From Dehalococcoidia bacterium (GTDB taxonomy: Bacteria > Chloroflexota > Dehalococcoidia > Lucifugimonadales > UBA3495): a stretch of 64,000 bases of DNA. The stretch covers positions 1,718,757 to 1,782,756 of the forward strand of contig OZ244885.1 of NCBI GenBank assembly GCA_965221385.1, read 5' to 3'. The position numbers were made by a program, and so were the translations under genes. The notes below the pieces were generated by a model, which did not search any database, was not told the origin of the DNA, and worked only from the letters and a program-made list of their open reading frames with translations. Positions within the stretch are counted from its first letter, which is position 1. Each line of letters starts with the position of its first letter. Shown here piece by piece: positions 8,693-18,372 of the stretch.

Positions 8693-9346
8693 TTAGCCCA
8701 ACGACGGGCGCTCCCCCCGGCGCACCAGCCAGCCCTTGAGCGGAATCAGCAGCGCCAGCGCCGTTATCCCGTACAGGTAGCCACCCAATACGTCGCTGGG
8801 CCAGTGCACTCCCAGGTACACCCGGGAGACGCCCACCGCCAGTATCGCCACGGCCAGCGCCAGGGATATTCCCCAGCGGGCCCACCGGCTCTCCCGGTAC
8901 CGCCATACCAGGTAAATCAGGATACCGCCCAACAGCATGGCGAAGGCGGCGTGTCCGCTGGGAAAGCTCAGGGTGTGGGGAATGGGGTCAACAAAGGAGG
9001 GGTCGACCATGGAGAAGGCGGGACGGGGCCGCCCCACCAGCGCCTTGAAGAGTAGGGTCAGCAATGCCGAGGCGGCAGCCGCCACCACCAGCAGACCCTC
9101 TGCCCAGAGTCTCCGCAGCAGCAGAATGCCCGCCGCCGCGACAGTGAGTGCCGTCGCCACTGGATACGATCCCAGGTGGGTCACGGCGCGAAAGACTCCC
9201 GTTAGCGCCGGGCTTTGCCAGGCCTGAATCCACGACAGCAGCTCTTTGTCGCCGGGCCAGACGGGAAAGGCCCAGGCCAAGATGCCGGCGACAATACACG
9301 CCGCCGGCAATCCCAGGGCTGCAATGCTCCGAATTCCGGCACGCAT
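8693..9346 (-). CDS. PAP2 family membrane phosphatase
   Basis: KALVGRPRP, SFPSGHA, SRVYLGVHWPSDVLGG. Confidence 0.92.
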   Translation of the reverse strand: MRAGIRSIAALGLPAACIVAGILAWAFPVWPGDKELLSWIQAWQSPALTGVFRAVTHLGSYPVATALTVAAAGILLLRRLWAEGLLVVAAAASALLTLLFKALVGRPRPAFSMVDPSFVDPIPHTLSFPSGHAAFAMLLGGILIYLVWRYRESRWARWGISLALAVAILAVGVSRVYLGVHWPSDVLGGYLYGITALALLIPLKGWLVRRGERPSLG

Positions 9347-9443
9347 GGCAACTCTCCTTTCTACGGGGTCAGCCCCAGTTCCCCGGCCGTTCGGCCCGGT
9401 CGCTTCCCTCCGCCCCGGTCATCTGAACTACAGGGAGAGGCGG

Positions 9444-10799
9444 TTACGGCAACACCTCCAGGTACCCCACCTCCAGTTCCGCCTCCCCACTTTCCGCCTC
9501 CTGGTGGCCCCCGGAGGCGCTGGCATCGCTGCCGTGGTGGTCGGTCGCCGCGTCTTCGCCGGTTTCCGAGCCGGAGTCACCGACCGGGGTTTCCTCGTGA
9601 ACTGTAACAGAGACCGAAACGGGCAGCCCGTCGTATTGGTAGGGCTGACCTTCGTTATTCAGCAGGACGACGGTAAGGGTGTGTTCCCCTTCGCCCTGGG
9701 CCGGTACCTGGAGCCAGGGGACATACATCCGGCTGAATTCCTCGCCGCCAATGGACAGCAGGGCGTACCCCTGGCCGGGGACATGATCCTGATTCGCTGA
9801 CCGGGCAAACTCGAATCCATCGGGTATGACCTGGAGGTTGTACCCACCCAGCGGGTCCTCGTGAGCCACCACCTCCAGGGCCATGGGTCCGTCGGAATCC
9901 ACCGGGTCCGGAGCTGCCATTTCGGCCATTTCCTGATGGTCCATGGCCGATGCCTCGGGCGCCGTGATGGTGGCCGAGGCTGCCAGCAGGGACCCCTGCC
10001 AGGATAGGTCGCTGTGGTCGTTGCTGGTCAGGGAGACACTCAACTCCCGGACACCCGGTTCCAGGCCCGTCAGATAATGCCGGTCGCCGTACACGCGGCT
10101 CAGCTTTACACCGTCGGCGTAGATGTGGGCATGGCCGGCGCCGGCGCTGTTGGCCCCGCTCACCTCTTCCGGCGCCCACCGCCAGCCGTCGGTTTCGATG
10201 GTCACGAATACGCCGCCCCTGTCGTCCACCTGGGCGGCAATTTCGATGCTGACGGGCAGGGCCGATTCGGCAGGGCCATGGTCCATAGTTGCGCCGGCCA
10301 TTCCGGCCATATCGTGACCGCCGCCCGAAGTCTTGTCCGTGTCCATGGTCATGTCCTTGCCCATGTCCATGTCCATGGTCGCCGCCATGTCCTCTTCCGG
10401 CGTGGCGGCCATGCCGTGGAAGTTGATCCGGAACCGGCCCGTGGCGTTGGCCTCGAACTGGAACTGGGTTACCTGTCCCGCCTCCACCGCCTGCTCCAGG
10501 TCGTAGCCGTGGATGTGGAAGGTTCCGGGCCGATCGGTGTTCAGGTTCAAAGTTACCTGGTCGCCCTGCTTTACCCGAATGGTTTCGGGGTTCAATTGGT
10601 CGTTGGCGAAGCTCACCGCCACCACCGATTCCGGTATAGGTTCGGTCATGCTGGCAGTCTTGTCGGTTGTCGGGTTTTGACTGGCCGCCGGCTCAGGCCC
10701 GGCGGGGGCGCTGGGGCCGCAGGCGACCGCCAGGATCAGCAGGGCAGCAGCAATACCGCCCAGCGAAAGGGAAGACTTGATTCTTTTGATGAAGCGCAT
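9444..10799 (-). CDS. Lipoprotein with cupredoxin-like domain, Met/His-rich linker and two repeated beta domains (putative metal/copper binding)
   Basis: ATG 10799 MRFIKR, lipobox AVAC; TIRVKQGDQVTL..FHIHGYD..ATGRFRINFH; MDMDMGKDMTMD; GHAHIYADG repeat-like domains. Confidence 0.65.
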   Translation of the reverse strand: MRFIKRIKSSLSLGGIAAALLILAVACGPSAPAGPEPAASQNPTTDKTASMTEPIPESVVAVSFANDQLNPETIRVKQGDQVTLNLNTDRPGTFHIHGYDLEQAVEAGQVTQFQFEANATGRFRINFHGMAATPEEDMAATMDMDMGKDMTMDTDKTSGGGHDMAGMAGATMDHGPAESALPVSIEIAAQVDDRGGVFVTIETDGWRWAPEEVSGANSAGAGHAHIYADGVKLSRVYGDRHYLTGLEPGVRELSVSLTSNDHSDLSWQGSLLAASATITAPEASAMDHQEMAEMAAPDPVDSDGPMALEVVAHEDPLGGYNLQVIPDGFEFARSANQDHVPGQGYALLSIGGEEFSRMYVPWLQVPAQGEGEHTLTVVLLNNEGQPYQYDGLPVSVSVTVHEETPVGDSGSETGEDAATDHHGSDASASGGHQEAESGEAELEVGYLEVLP

Positions 10800-10950
10800 G
10801 TCAACTCCTGTACAGATTCGCAGAGTAGCGCCCCAGGGGGACTGTCCGTGGGGCAGGCGCCCCCTCCGTGGGGGCTGGCAAGGGAGGCGAATCGCGCGTC
10901 CGGCCCTGCGGCCGTATTGCAACGGCTGGCGGCCAAACGCGTAAGAGGAG

Positions 10951-11403
10951 TTACGCCGGGGGTGGCTTGCCGGGGGGCGCAACCAGGGCGCCAACGGGGA
11001 CAGTCTGGGAAGCATCATAGGCCAACAGCAGGGGACAGGTATCGGGCCCGCCAAAGCACAGAGACTGACCCGCCGGGCCGGTGGGGGCGAAGATGGGGCC
11101 GTTGCCGGAACCATCGTAGCCGGAAAGGTAGGCCACCCCCTCGGGTGGGCTGGTCCGGGCGGGAATCCCGCCGGACGCCACTTGGCCGGATGCCAGGATG
11201 TGGGACGCGAGATGGTCGTGGCTGACGCCGGAATCGTACACGTGCAAATGCCGCCCGCCCTCGTGGCCTGCGGGGTCGCCGAAGAAGACGTGGGCATGGT
11301 TGTGCTGCCATTCCACGTAATGGTGGTCCAGCAACGGCCCCATTACGGGCAGCAGCAGCGCGTACAGGGCAATGACAATTACGGGTTTAAGGAATTGGGA
11401 CAC
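10951..11403 (-). CDS. His-rich hypothetical exported/membrane protein
   Basis: N-terminal hydrophobic segment, DHHYVEWQHNHAH, HLH, HDH, C-terminal PP motif. Confidence 0.5.
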   Translation of the reverse strand: MSQFLKPVIVIALYALLLPVMGPLLDHHYVEWQHNHAHVFFGDPAGHEGGRHLHVYDSGVSHDHLASHILASGQVASGGIPARTSPPEGVAYLSGYDGSGNGPIFAPTGPAGQSLCFGGPDTCPLLLAYDASQTVPVGALVAPPGKPPPA

Positions 11404-11478
11404 TGGTTATTTACTCGTGGCCAACGCAAATGGGGCGCCAGTCCAGGCGGGGCATGACATTAGCACCTTGACCACCTG

Positions 11479-12063
11479 CTAGGCCCGGCGGCGGCGCAGT
11501 CCCGACCTGATCCGGTCGTAGGTCCAGATTCCGGCGGCGAGAACGGCTACCGCGATGGCCGCCACCAGGATCAGGTTTATTGGCCTCCCCTCTCTTACGT
11601 CCATGGGTACCTGGATGGTTTCCTCGCCCATGTCGGTGTTCACCCGGATGCTTACCTGCCACAAACCGGGCACCCGGAAGGGCAGGAGGGTCTCGAAGAA
11701 CTGGGGCAGAAGATCATTGCCGGCCACCAGGGGGCCAAAGCTGTCGGCGGAAGTGGGGCCGGTGGCCGACACCCGCACCTCGGCCTGGGTAATGGTCTCC
11801 TCCGATTCCAGGGACACCACCCGCAGGCTCAGGTGGGTGTTGTTGACGATGGCCCGGCTGGGCAGGATGGAGACCTCCATCCGGTAGGGCCCCTGTTCCT
11901 GGGTGGAAATCAGCGTGGCCCGGCCGTTGGCGGAAACGGGCGTCAACCCCGCCGCAGAGATGCCGAGAAGCGCTGCCGAAAGAATCACGAGCAGGCAGGA
12001 AAGGAACTTGAGCCGGGGCGCCGGAAGCTGCAAATCAGAAATCCAAATACTATCAGGGTTCAA
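11479..12063 (-). CDS. Secreted Ig-like (YtkA/FixH-like) protein with C-terminal membrane anchor
   Basis: Signal peptide, GPYRMEV..PGLWQVSIRV beta strands, C-terminal TM plus RRRR. Confidence 0.5.
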   Translation of the reverse strand: MNPDSIWISDLQLPAPRLKFLSCLLVILSAALLGISAAGLTPVSANGRATLISTQEQGPYRMEVSILPSRAIVNNTHLSLRVVSLESEETITQAEVRVSATGPTSADSFGPLVAGNDLLPQFFETLLPFRVPGLWQVSIRVNTDMGEETIQVPMDVREGRPINLILVAAIAVAVLAAGIWTYDRIRSGLRRRRA

Positions 12064-12162
12064 TTATCATATCATGGCCCGCTTGCCGTAACAACGGCGA
12101 CGGCGCGCCTGACTCCCACCGAAGGGGCGCCCAGCTGGACGCCCCCGTCCTTTCCCCTGGCT

Positions 12163-13575
12163 TCACGCTGTTCTTGCCGGCCAAACCGGTTCGTGGTAGC
12201 CCAGGGGCACGGAGGGTCTGGCCCAGTGGGGGCGGGTTTCCGAGAGTTCCAGGGTCGGCGCCAGATGCTTCAGGCTGCCGCCGGGAACCTGGCTTTCGGT
12301 GGACCAGGCCCCTATTTCCTCGGGAGTGAAGTCGGAAGGGATGTTCCCCAGTTCATCTTCGGGGACCTGCCCCTGCCCCACCAGCCACCGGCCGGTCTGA
12401 GCCAGAGAAAGCCGGACCAGCCAGCTGCCGCCCTCGGTGGCGCGGCGGGCCAGGGCCGTCAGGGCGCCATAGGCCATCAGGTAGCCGGTAAGGTAGTCGA
12501 TGGCCGACACCGGATAGAATTGGGGGCCGGGCTCGGCTCCGGGGAACAACTCTCCCTGCCGGTGGGTTATGCCGCTGACCGTCTGGATTACGGTATCGAA
12601 GCCCCGCCGGTCGGCCCAGGGCCCCACTCGGCCAAAGGCACACAGGGAAACGTAGATGATTCCCGGGCGGATTTGGGCCAAATCCTGGGGCGAGAGGCCC
12701 CGCTGGGCCAGGGTATTGGGCCGGTAACCCTGGGAAAAGATGTCGCACTCCCCAATCAGCCCACGCAGGGTTTCCATGTCCTGGCCCTGGCGCAAGTCCA
12801 GGTGAGCGGAAAGCTTGCCGTGTCCGGTGTCATGCTCCTGTCCCTCGTTGTAGGGCAGGTGGGGGCCGGCGATCTTCATCACGTCGGCGCCGTGCTCGGC
12901 CAGGGTGCGGGCGCAGGTGGGGCCGGCCAGCACCCGGGTCAGGTCCAGAACCCGTATCCCCGACAGAGGACGGTCGCCCTGGGGCAGGGGTTGGGGCGGG
13001 GCGTCGCCAATCCGGTCTATCTCCAGCAGGGGCAGGGAATTGACCGCCGCCGACTGGGGATGCTGGGCCCATTCCTGCATGGTGCGCACCATGCCACCGG
13101 CGCCCCGGGCTGCGATGATCGCCTCCTCCAGTTCCCGGGCGTCCCATTGGGACACCGCCTGCCGAACGGCCCCCTTATCCTCCTCTACGCCCAGCACCTG
13201 GAGGGCAGCCTCCCGGTGGTTGGGGAAGTTGCAATGCAGGTAGCTCCACCGGCCATCCTTCGCGGGATAGACGCCCATGACGGCGTTCCGTTCACCGGCG
13301 GCCGGCTGGCCGTTCAGGGTCATGTAGCGGCTGCTGCGGAGGGATGCGGTGGCCCGGCGGACGTTTACTCCGACCTGCTGGCGGCGTCCCGTGCGCAGTT
13401 CCCACAAATCCGATACGGCCAGACCCACCGCGGCCAGGCTGGCGGCGGCGGCGGAGCCGATACGTAAGGGAGTGGGCAGTATGGGGTCCATGCCGCCGCT
13501 GAAGTCTATCTCGTTGAACTTGGCCGGATCCAGGTGGGGTATGCCGTTCAGGGCGAACATGGTGTAGTCGGTCAT
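12163..13575 (-). CDS. CoA-transferase family III (CaiB/BaiF)
   Basis: PLSGIRVLDLTRVLAGPTCARTLAEHGADV, QGYRP, GPWADRRGFD. Confidence 0.9.
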   Translation of the reverse strand: MTDYTMFALNGIPHLDPAKFNEIDFSGGMDPILPTPLRIGSAAAASLAAVGLAVSDLWELRTGRRQQVGVNVRRATASLRSSRYMTLNGQPAAGERNAVMGVYPAKDGRWSYLHCNFPNHREAALQVLGVEEDKGAVRQAVSQWDARELEEAIIAARGAGGMVRTMQEWAQHPQSAAVNSLPLLEIDRIGDAPPQPLPQGDRPLSGIRVLDLTRVLAGPTCARTLAEHGADVMKIAGPHLPYNEGQEHDTGHGKLSAHLDLRQGQDMETLRGLIGECDIFSQGYRPNTLAQRGLSPQDLAQIRPGIIYVSLCAFGRVGPWADRRGFDTVIQTVSGITHRQGELFPGAEPGPQFYPVSAIDYLTGYLMAYGALTALARRATEGGSWLVRLSLAQTGRWLVGQGQVPEDELGNIPSDFTPEEIGAWSTESQVPGGSLKHLAPTLELSETRPHWARPSVPLGYHEPVWPARTA

Positions 13576-13872
13576 GGCGCAATTGCTCCCGGGTTGGAGT
13601 TGGAATACGGCTTGGCGAGGAAGCCATGCAAGGCTGTCGATGCCGGAACCAATGATACAGGATGGCGGGGCAACTGCAACACCGGGCCCGGTCTTCCCTG
13701 AGGACAATACGATGGCAATGGACTCCGGGGCTATTGAGGCTGGCGCCCCGCAACCTGTCCAGGTTTGTACCTGGTTGACCCCATAAACTATAATTGTCGG
13801 AACCCTTCACCCTGCGGCGGAAGACGTTTCAGCCCTCAGCCAGGACTACTGCCGCATTCCCAGGATGTGTTC

Positions 13873-14673
13873 ATGGACTTGACCTTCGAAAAGGGAGATG
13901 CCCAACGCCCCAGGGGACACGCGCTGGTGTACTTTCGGGTGGATACGGAACCGGACAAGCTGTACGCCAGCTACATAGTGGTGCTGCCGGTGCAGGCCGA
14001 TTTCGGGAAATACGTGCCTCCCTTCCTGGCCTCCCACCTGGGCAACCTGCCCCTGAACGACTTTTCCGCCTTTGCCATGCCGCCGGTGCCGGAGGAGGTC
14101 GCGGGACATGGGGAACTGGACCGGCTCAGCGACCTGCGGGGCGACGACCTGGTGTTTGCGTCCAGCATGTTCAACTTCGAGCTGACCCGGATGATGGAGG
14201 GCATTACCGATGCCGTGCAGTCCTATGCGGACCTTTACGCCGCCTTCTGCGACCGGCAGGGGCTGAACGCCGCTCCGGCCTCCGAGACGCTGGCCTCCGC
14301 TCCTTCGCCCGACGCTGATACCGGTTCGGAATTGGATACATCTTACTCGGTAAACGAGGTATTGTTCAGCCTGATGAGCGAGCGGGACAAGCTGGGTGAG
14401 CTGGCCCGGTTGCTGGGCAAGCTCCAGTTCGCCCAGGAGGGCAACGACGAGAACATGACGGGAGAGGTTACGGAGGAGATTACCGCCCTGTCGCGGCACC
14501 TGCCCGAGGAATTCCAGGTGCTGAATCTGTTGGCCGCCGCCCGGGAAGCGACCCGGCGGGGGTCTCAACTGGCCCAACTGTACCTGGACCGGTGTTTCCG
14601 CCTAACCGACGGTGACACCGCCACCGCCCAATCCCTGGAAGCGCAGATAGAGGACTTGAAAGGGGAGGGATAG
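13873..14673 (+). CDS. Hypothetical protein
   Basis: Coding-like ORF MDLTFEKG..; no motif recognised. Confidence 0.6.
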   Translation: MDLTFEKGDAQRPRGHALVYFRVDTEPDKLYASYIVVLPVQADFGKYVPPFLASHLGNLPLNDFSAFAMPPVPEEVAGHGELDRLSDLRGDDLVFASSMFNFELTRMMEGITDAVQSYADLYAAFCDRQGLNAAPASETLASAPSPDADTGSELDTSYSVNEVLFSLMSERDKLGELARLLGKLQFAQEGNDENMTGEVTEEITALSRHLPEEFQVLNLLAAAREATRRGSQLAQLYLDRCFRLTDGDTATAQSLEAQIEDLKGEG

Positions 14674-14674
14674 G

Positions 14675-15994
14675 ATGCTGAAGCGAATACACATCAAGGG
14701 GTACAAGTCCCTGGAGGACTTGGACGTGACCCTTGCCCCTTTGACCGTCTTGTTCGGCCCCAACGCCTCCGGCAAGAGCAACTTTCTGGATGCTTTGCAG
14801 CTTCTCTCCCGAATGGCTACCAGCCGCACCCTGCGGGAAGCCTTTGAGCCGCCCTACCGGGGCAAACCTCTGGAGTCCTTCGCCATGGGAGAAGGTGGCA
14901 TAGAGGGCCTGCTGAAGAAGGAGCGACTGACCTTCTCCATCGAGGCAGACCTGGAGCTATCTGATTCGCTGGTGGAATCGGTTAACCGGGAAATTCAGGA
15001 AATGCGACGAGGGGGAGACGATAGCCGTTCCGAGGGCGTAGGCAATAAGCCCCGCAGGGTTAGAGAGCGCAACCTGCGTTATCGGGTGGAAATTGAGATG
15101 ACCCCCCGCACCGGCTTGCTTCGGGTCAGCGACGAATACCTGGCGGCGCTGAATACCAGGGGCGAGCCCAGGGGTAGCCGCAAGCCCTTCCTGGGTCCCC
15201 ACGTGACTCAGGAGGACAAACTGACTGTTCGCCTAGAAGGGCAGTCCCACCCCACCTACTACGACAAGTACCTTGACCGGACTATTCTCTCCCTGCCCCA
15301 CTATCCACCCCATTATCCCCACGTGACGGCGGCGCGCCGGGAGTTGGAGAGCTGGCTCTTCTTCTACCTTGAACCCAGGGAGCGCATGAGGGCCGTGGGC
15401 CCGGTGAAGGATGTGCGCCACATCGGGTTGATGGGTGAAGAGTTGGCCGCCCACCTGAATACACTGAAGGCCAGCGATCCCAGGCAATTTGAAACCATTG
15501 AAAAGGCCTTGCATTTGCTGCTGCCCGACGCCGAGAAAATCCAGGTCGAAGTGAACCCCCTGGGTGAGGTGGAATTGTCCCTTAAGGAGGACGGCATAGC
15601 AATGCCAGCCAGGGTTCTGTCCGAAGGCACGTTGCGGCTTTTGGGACTTCTGGCTTTGGCCGGGTCATCAGACCCCCCTTCCCTGGTGGGTTTTGAAGAA
15701 CCCGAGAATGGGGTTCACCCCGCCAAGATAGACCTAATCGCCGAATTCCTGAACACCCGACGAATTTTGGGCGATACCCAATATGTGGTCACCACCCATT
15801 CGCCCAGGCTGCTGGATTGCATGTCGCCCGAATATCTGTATTCCATGCAGAGGAGGAATCGCAAGACTGTGATTCTTCCACTGCGGAACGAATTGTACCT
15901 GAAAAAGCCAGCCATCATTAGGGATTCCCCGGAGGGCGGCGACCCGCCTCTCTTGATATCCGGCAGAATCATGCGGGGCGATTTCAATGGTTGA
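14675..15994 (+). CDS. ABC-type AAA_21 ATPase (COG4637-like)
   Basis: IKGYKSL, FGPNASGKSN, LSEGTLR, FEEPENGVHP, TTHSP. Confidence 0.88.
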   Translation: MLKRIHIKGYKSLEDLDVTLAPLTVLFGPNASGKSNFLDALQLLSRMATSRTLREAFEPPYRGKPLESFAMGEGGIEGLLKKERLTFSIEADLELSDSLVESVNREIQEMRRGGDDSRSEGVGNKPRRVRERNLRYRVEIEMTPRTGLLRVSDEYLAALNTRGEPRGSRKPFLGPHVTQEDKLTVRLEGQSHPTYYDKYLDRTILSLPHYPPHYPHVTAARRELESWLFFYLEPRERMRAVGPVKDVRHIGLMGEELAAHLNTLKASDPRQFETIEKALHLLLPDAEKIQVEVNPLGEVELSLKEDGIAMPARVLSEGTLRLLGLLALAGSSDPPSLVGFEEPENGVHPAKIDLIAEFLNTRRILGDTQYVVTTHSPRLLDCMSPEYLYSMQRRNRKTVILPLRNELYLKKPAIIRDSPEGGDPPLLISGRIMRGDFNG

Positions 15995-16562
15995 GGTTAC
16001 CCTGTTCGGGGAGGACTACGGCCACGAGAGGGTCATTGGGGCGCTGATAGGAGGAATTGCCGCTGAATTCGGTATTGAAGCTCAGCTCAATTGGCGAAGC
16101 GCGGTCCAGGGTCACGGAAGGGTGGTTAGGGAGCTTCGCAGGTACTTGGAGGAACTGGAGGAGAACGCAGGTCCATATCCGGACCTCCTGGTTGTCGCGA
16201 CCGATGCAAACTGCCTTGGAGCGAATGAACGCAGGCGAGAGTTCCAGATTTTCAATCCACCTCGCCCGCTAATCCTGGCAACCCCGGACCCGCACGTAGA
16301 ACGTTGGTTACTGTTGGACGGTGCAGCCTTCAACCAGGTATTTGGCCGAGGCTGCCAAGCGCCAACCTACAAATGTGGGCGCGACGAATACAAGAGGCTC
16401 CTGATAGAGAGTATTCGGGAGACGGGAGTCAGGCCGGAGCTTGGGGGTATTGAGTTTGCCGCCGACTTGGTTCAGGCCATGGATATTGACCGCGCGGCGC
16501 GGGCCGACCCTTCACTGCAAGCCTTCGTCAACGACCTGAGGTCCTTTTTCTCCAATCCATAA
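15987..16562 (+). CDS. DUF4276-like (TOPRIM-type) partner of the ATPase
   Basis: Overlaps the ATPase stop; LFGED, VVATDAN, PHVERWLLLD, DPSLQAF pattern. Confidence 0.6.
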   Translation: MVEVTLFGEDYGHERVIGALIGGIAAEFGIEAQLNWRSAVQGHGRVVRELRRYLEELEENAGPYPDLLVVATDANCLGANERRREFQIFNPPRPLILATPDPHVERWLLLDGAAFNQVFGRGCQAPTYKCGRDEYKRLLIESIRETGVRPELGGIEFAADLVQAMDIDRAARADPSLQAFVNDLRSFFSNP

Positions 16563-16602
16563 TCGGCCAGGTAATGGCTGAGCGGTCAGCAGAGCATATC
16601 CT

Positions 16603-16642
16603 ACAAACCGGGGCGGGCCAAAGTTGGCCCGCCCCGGTTTGT
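16603..16642. terminator. Bidirectional terminator hairpin
   Basis: ACAAACCGGGGCGGGCCA-aagt-TGGCCCGCCCCGGTTTGT perfect stem between convergent genes. Confidence 0.75.
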
Positions 16643-16713
16643 TGCTCTACCAGTTGACACTAAATTGGGTTGGGGAGCAGTCGCTCCCAACTTGACGTAG
16701 TGGGGATTCCCCC

Positions 16714-18309
16714 CTACCCCAGCAGGCTGCTGCCCTCCCCTTTTACGAAGTCGGCGGTGCGCAGGGCCAGGGCCTGGATGGTGCTGGTGGGGTTGATGCA
16801 GGCCCCGGTGGTAAAGATGCTCCCGTCGATGATCAACAGGTTCGGCACGTCGTGGGCGCGGCCCCACCGGTCCACCACCGACGTATTGGGGTCATCGCCC
16901 ATGCGGGCCGTGCCCAGCAGATGCCAACCGGCGTTGCGACGGATGTGAGAGGTGAAAATCTGCTTGGCGCCCGCCGCCTCCAGAACCTCCACCGCCCGGG
17001 CCACGCCGTGGTCCAGCATCCGGTCCGTATTCTCGCTGACGGTGTACTCAATCTTGGGCGCCGGAATGCCGTGGGCATCGGTCAGCGTCGGATCCAACGT
17101 AACCTGGTTGTGCTCCTCGGGCAGGTCCTCAGTCATCACCGTGATGTTGATGCTGTGGCCGAACCGCTCGGCGAAGGCGCCGTGGTGTTCCTGTCCCCAC
17201 GGGATGATCTCCTGCTGGACGCCGCCCAGGGCCGTGGGCAAGGGTGAACCGGTTACGCCGGTAATCTGCAGGTCGTAGCCCCGAACAAAGCCCCGGTTCA
17301 GGTCGGTTTCGTAGAATTCCTGGCTGAGCATGGTGCTGCCCCGGGGGCCCGACTCGGCCCCCAGCCATTCGTCGAAAATGCCCGTGGCGCCGCCGCAGGG
17401 GTGGTGCATCAGGTTCTTCCCGACCAGGCCGCTGCTGTTGGCAAGCCCCTCCGGGAAGAGGGCCGACTTGGAATTTAGCAACAGGCGGGCAGTGCCCACG
17501 CCGTTGCCAGCCACCACCACCACCCGGGCCCGTTGCTCCTGCAGATTGCCATTGGCGTCGTAGTATAGGACTCCGGTGGCCCGACCCGACTTGTCCACCA
17601 GGATTTCCCGCACTCGGCAGAAGGTCTTGAGGCGGGCGCCCCGGCGAATGGCCCGGGGCCAGTAGATGATGTCGGCGCTGGCCAGTGACCGCAGGGTGCC
17701 GCCCGTATCGGGCTGGCGACCGTCGTACTCCACCGAGGCAATGGCGCTGTCGGAAGACCACCAATGCCAACCCAGCTGATTGAAGGCATGGGCCAGCAGT
17801 TCCCCACCCCGGCCGATGGGCAGGGGTGGCGTGGGACGGTCGGGCTTGGGCGGGTATGCCGGGTCGCCCCGGAGGCCGGAAACCCCGTTCAGCCGGTCAT
17901 TCAAGTCGTAGTATGGTTCCAGTTCCGCGTAGGTCATGGGCCAATCATCGGCCACGCCGTCCTGGGACTGGAGAACGAAGTCCGAGGGATGGAAGCGAGG
18001 GAAGTGGGAACCCCAGTGGATGGTGCTGCCGCCCACGGCGTTGTACATGAGGGGCGCTATGGGCGTTTCGTCCTCGTTTACCGGGTAGTCCTCGGGCAGA
18101 TTGCGAAAGTTGGGGTTGGAATGGAAGTCGGTCTGCCAATGAATCTGGGCGTCGGGTTCGCTGGTGGAAAAGACGTCCAACGGCACCCAGCCCCCTTGTT
18201 CCAGGCAAACCACCTTGATGCCGGCCTGGGCCAGGCTCCAAGTGAAAGCCGCGCCGGACGCGCCCGCCCCGATAACCAGCACGTCGGTTTCATCGTATCG
18301 ATTGGCCAT
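16714..18309 (-). CDS. GMC family oxidoreductase
   Basis: IGAGASG FAD motif, VGGSTIHW, GLVGKNLMHH, HLLGTARMG, NPTSTIQALA. Confidence 0.92.
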   Translation of the reverse strand: MANRYDETDVLVIGAGASGAAFTWSLAQAGIKVVCLEQGGWVPLDVFSTSEPDAQIHWQTDFHSNPNFRNLPEDYPVNEDETPIAPLMYNAVGGSTIHWGSHFPRFHPSDFVLQSQDGVADDWPMTYAELEPYYDLNDRLNGVSGLRGDPAYPPKPDRPTPPLPIGRGGELLAHAFNQLGWHWWSSDSAIASVEYDGRQPDTGGTLRSLASADIIYWPRAIRRGARLKTFCRVREILVDKSGRATGVLYYDANGNLQEQRARVVVVAGNGVGTARLLLNSKSALFPEGLANSSGLVGKNLMHHPCGGATGIFDEWLGAESGPRGSTMLSQEFYETDLNRGFVRGYDLQITGVTGSPLPTALGGVQQEIIPWGQEHHGAFAERFGHSINITVMTEDLPEEHNQVTLDPTLTDAHGIPAPKIEYTVSENTDRMLDHGVARAVEVLEAAGAKQIFTSHIRRNAGWHLLGTARMGDDPNTSVVDRWGRAHDVPNLLIIDGSIFTTGACINPTSTIQALALRTADFVKGEGSSLLG

Positions 18310-18372
18310 ACTTCCCTCCCATTTTCGAATCAACCCTGGGAATCAACCTGACCTGACGAATCAGGCTCGCCC

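Noticed and set aside
8030-8906. Repeat-protein ORFs (LSFRAAAEESQ / GIPRLPLGMT), also at 47060-47841
   Set aside because: These are translations of 75-bp DNA repeats, open in several frames on both strands, with no RBS.
10800-11297. N-terminal extension of the 617-aa ORF
   Set aside because: It overlaps the His-rich gene. The signal peptide and RBS place the real start at 10799.
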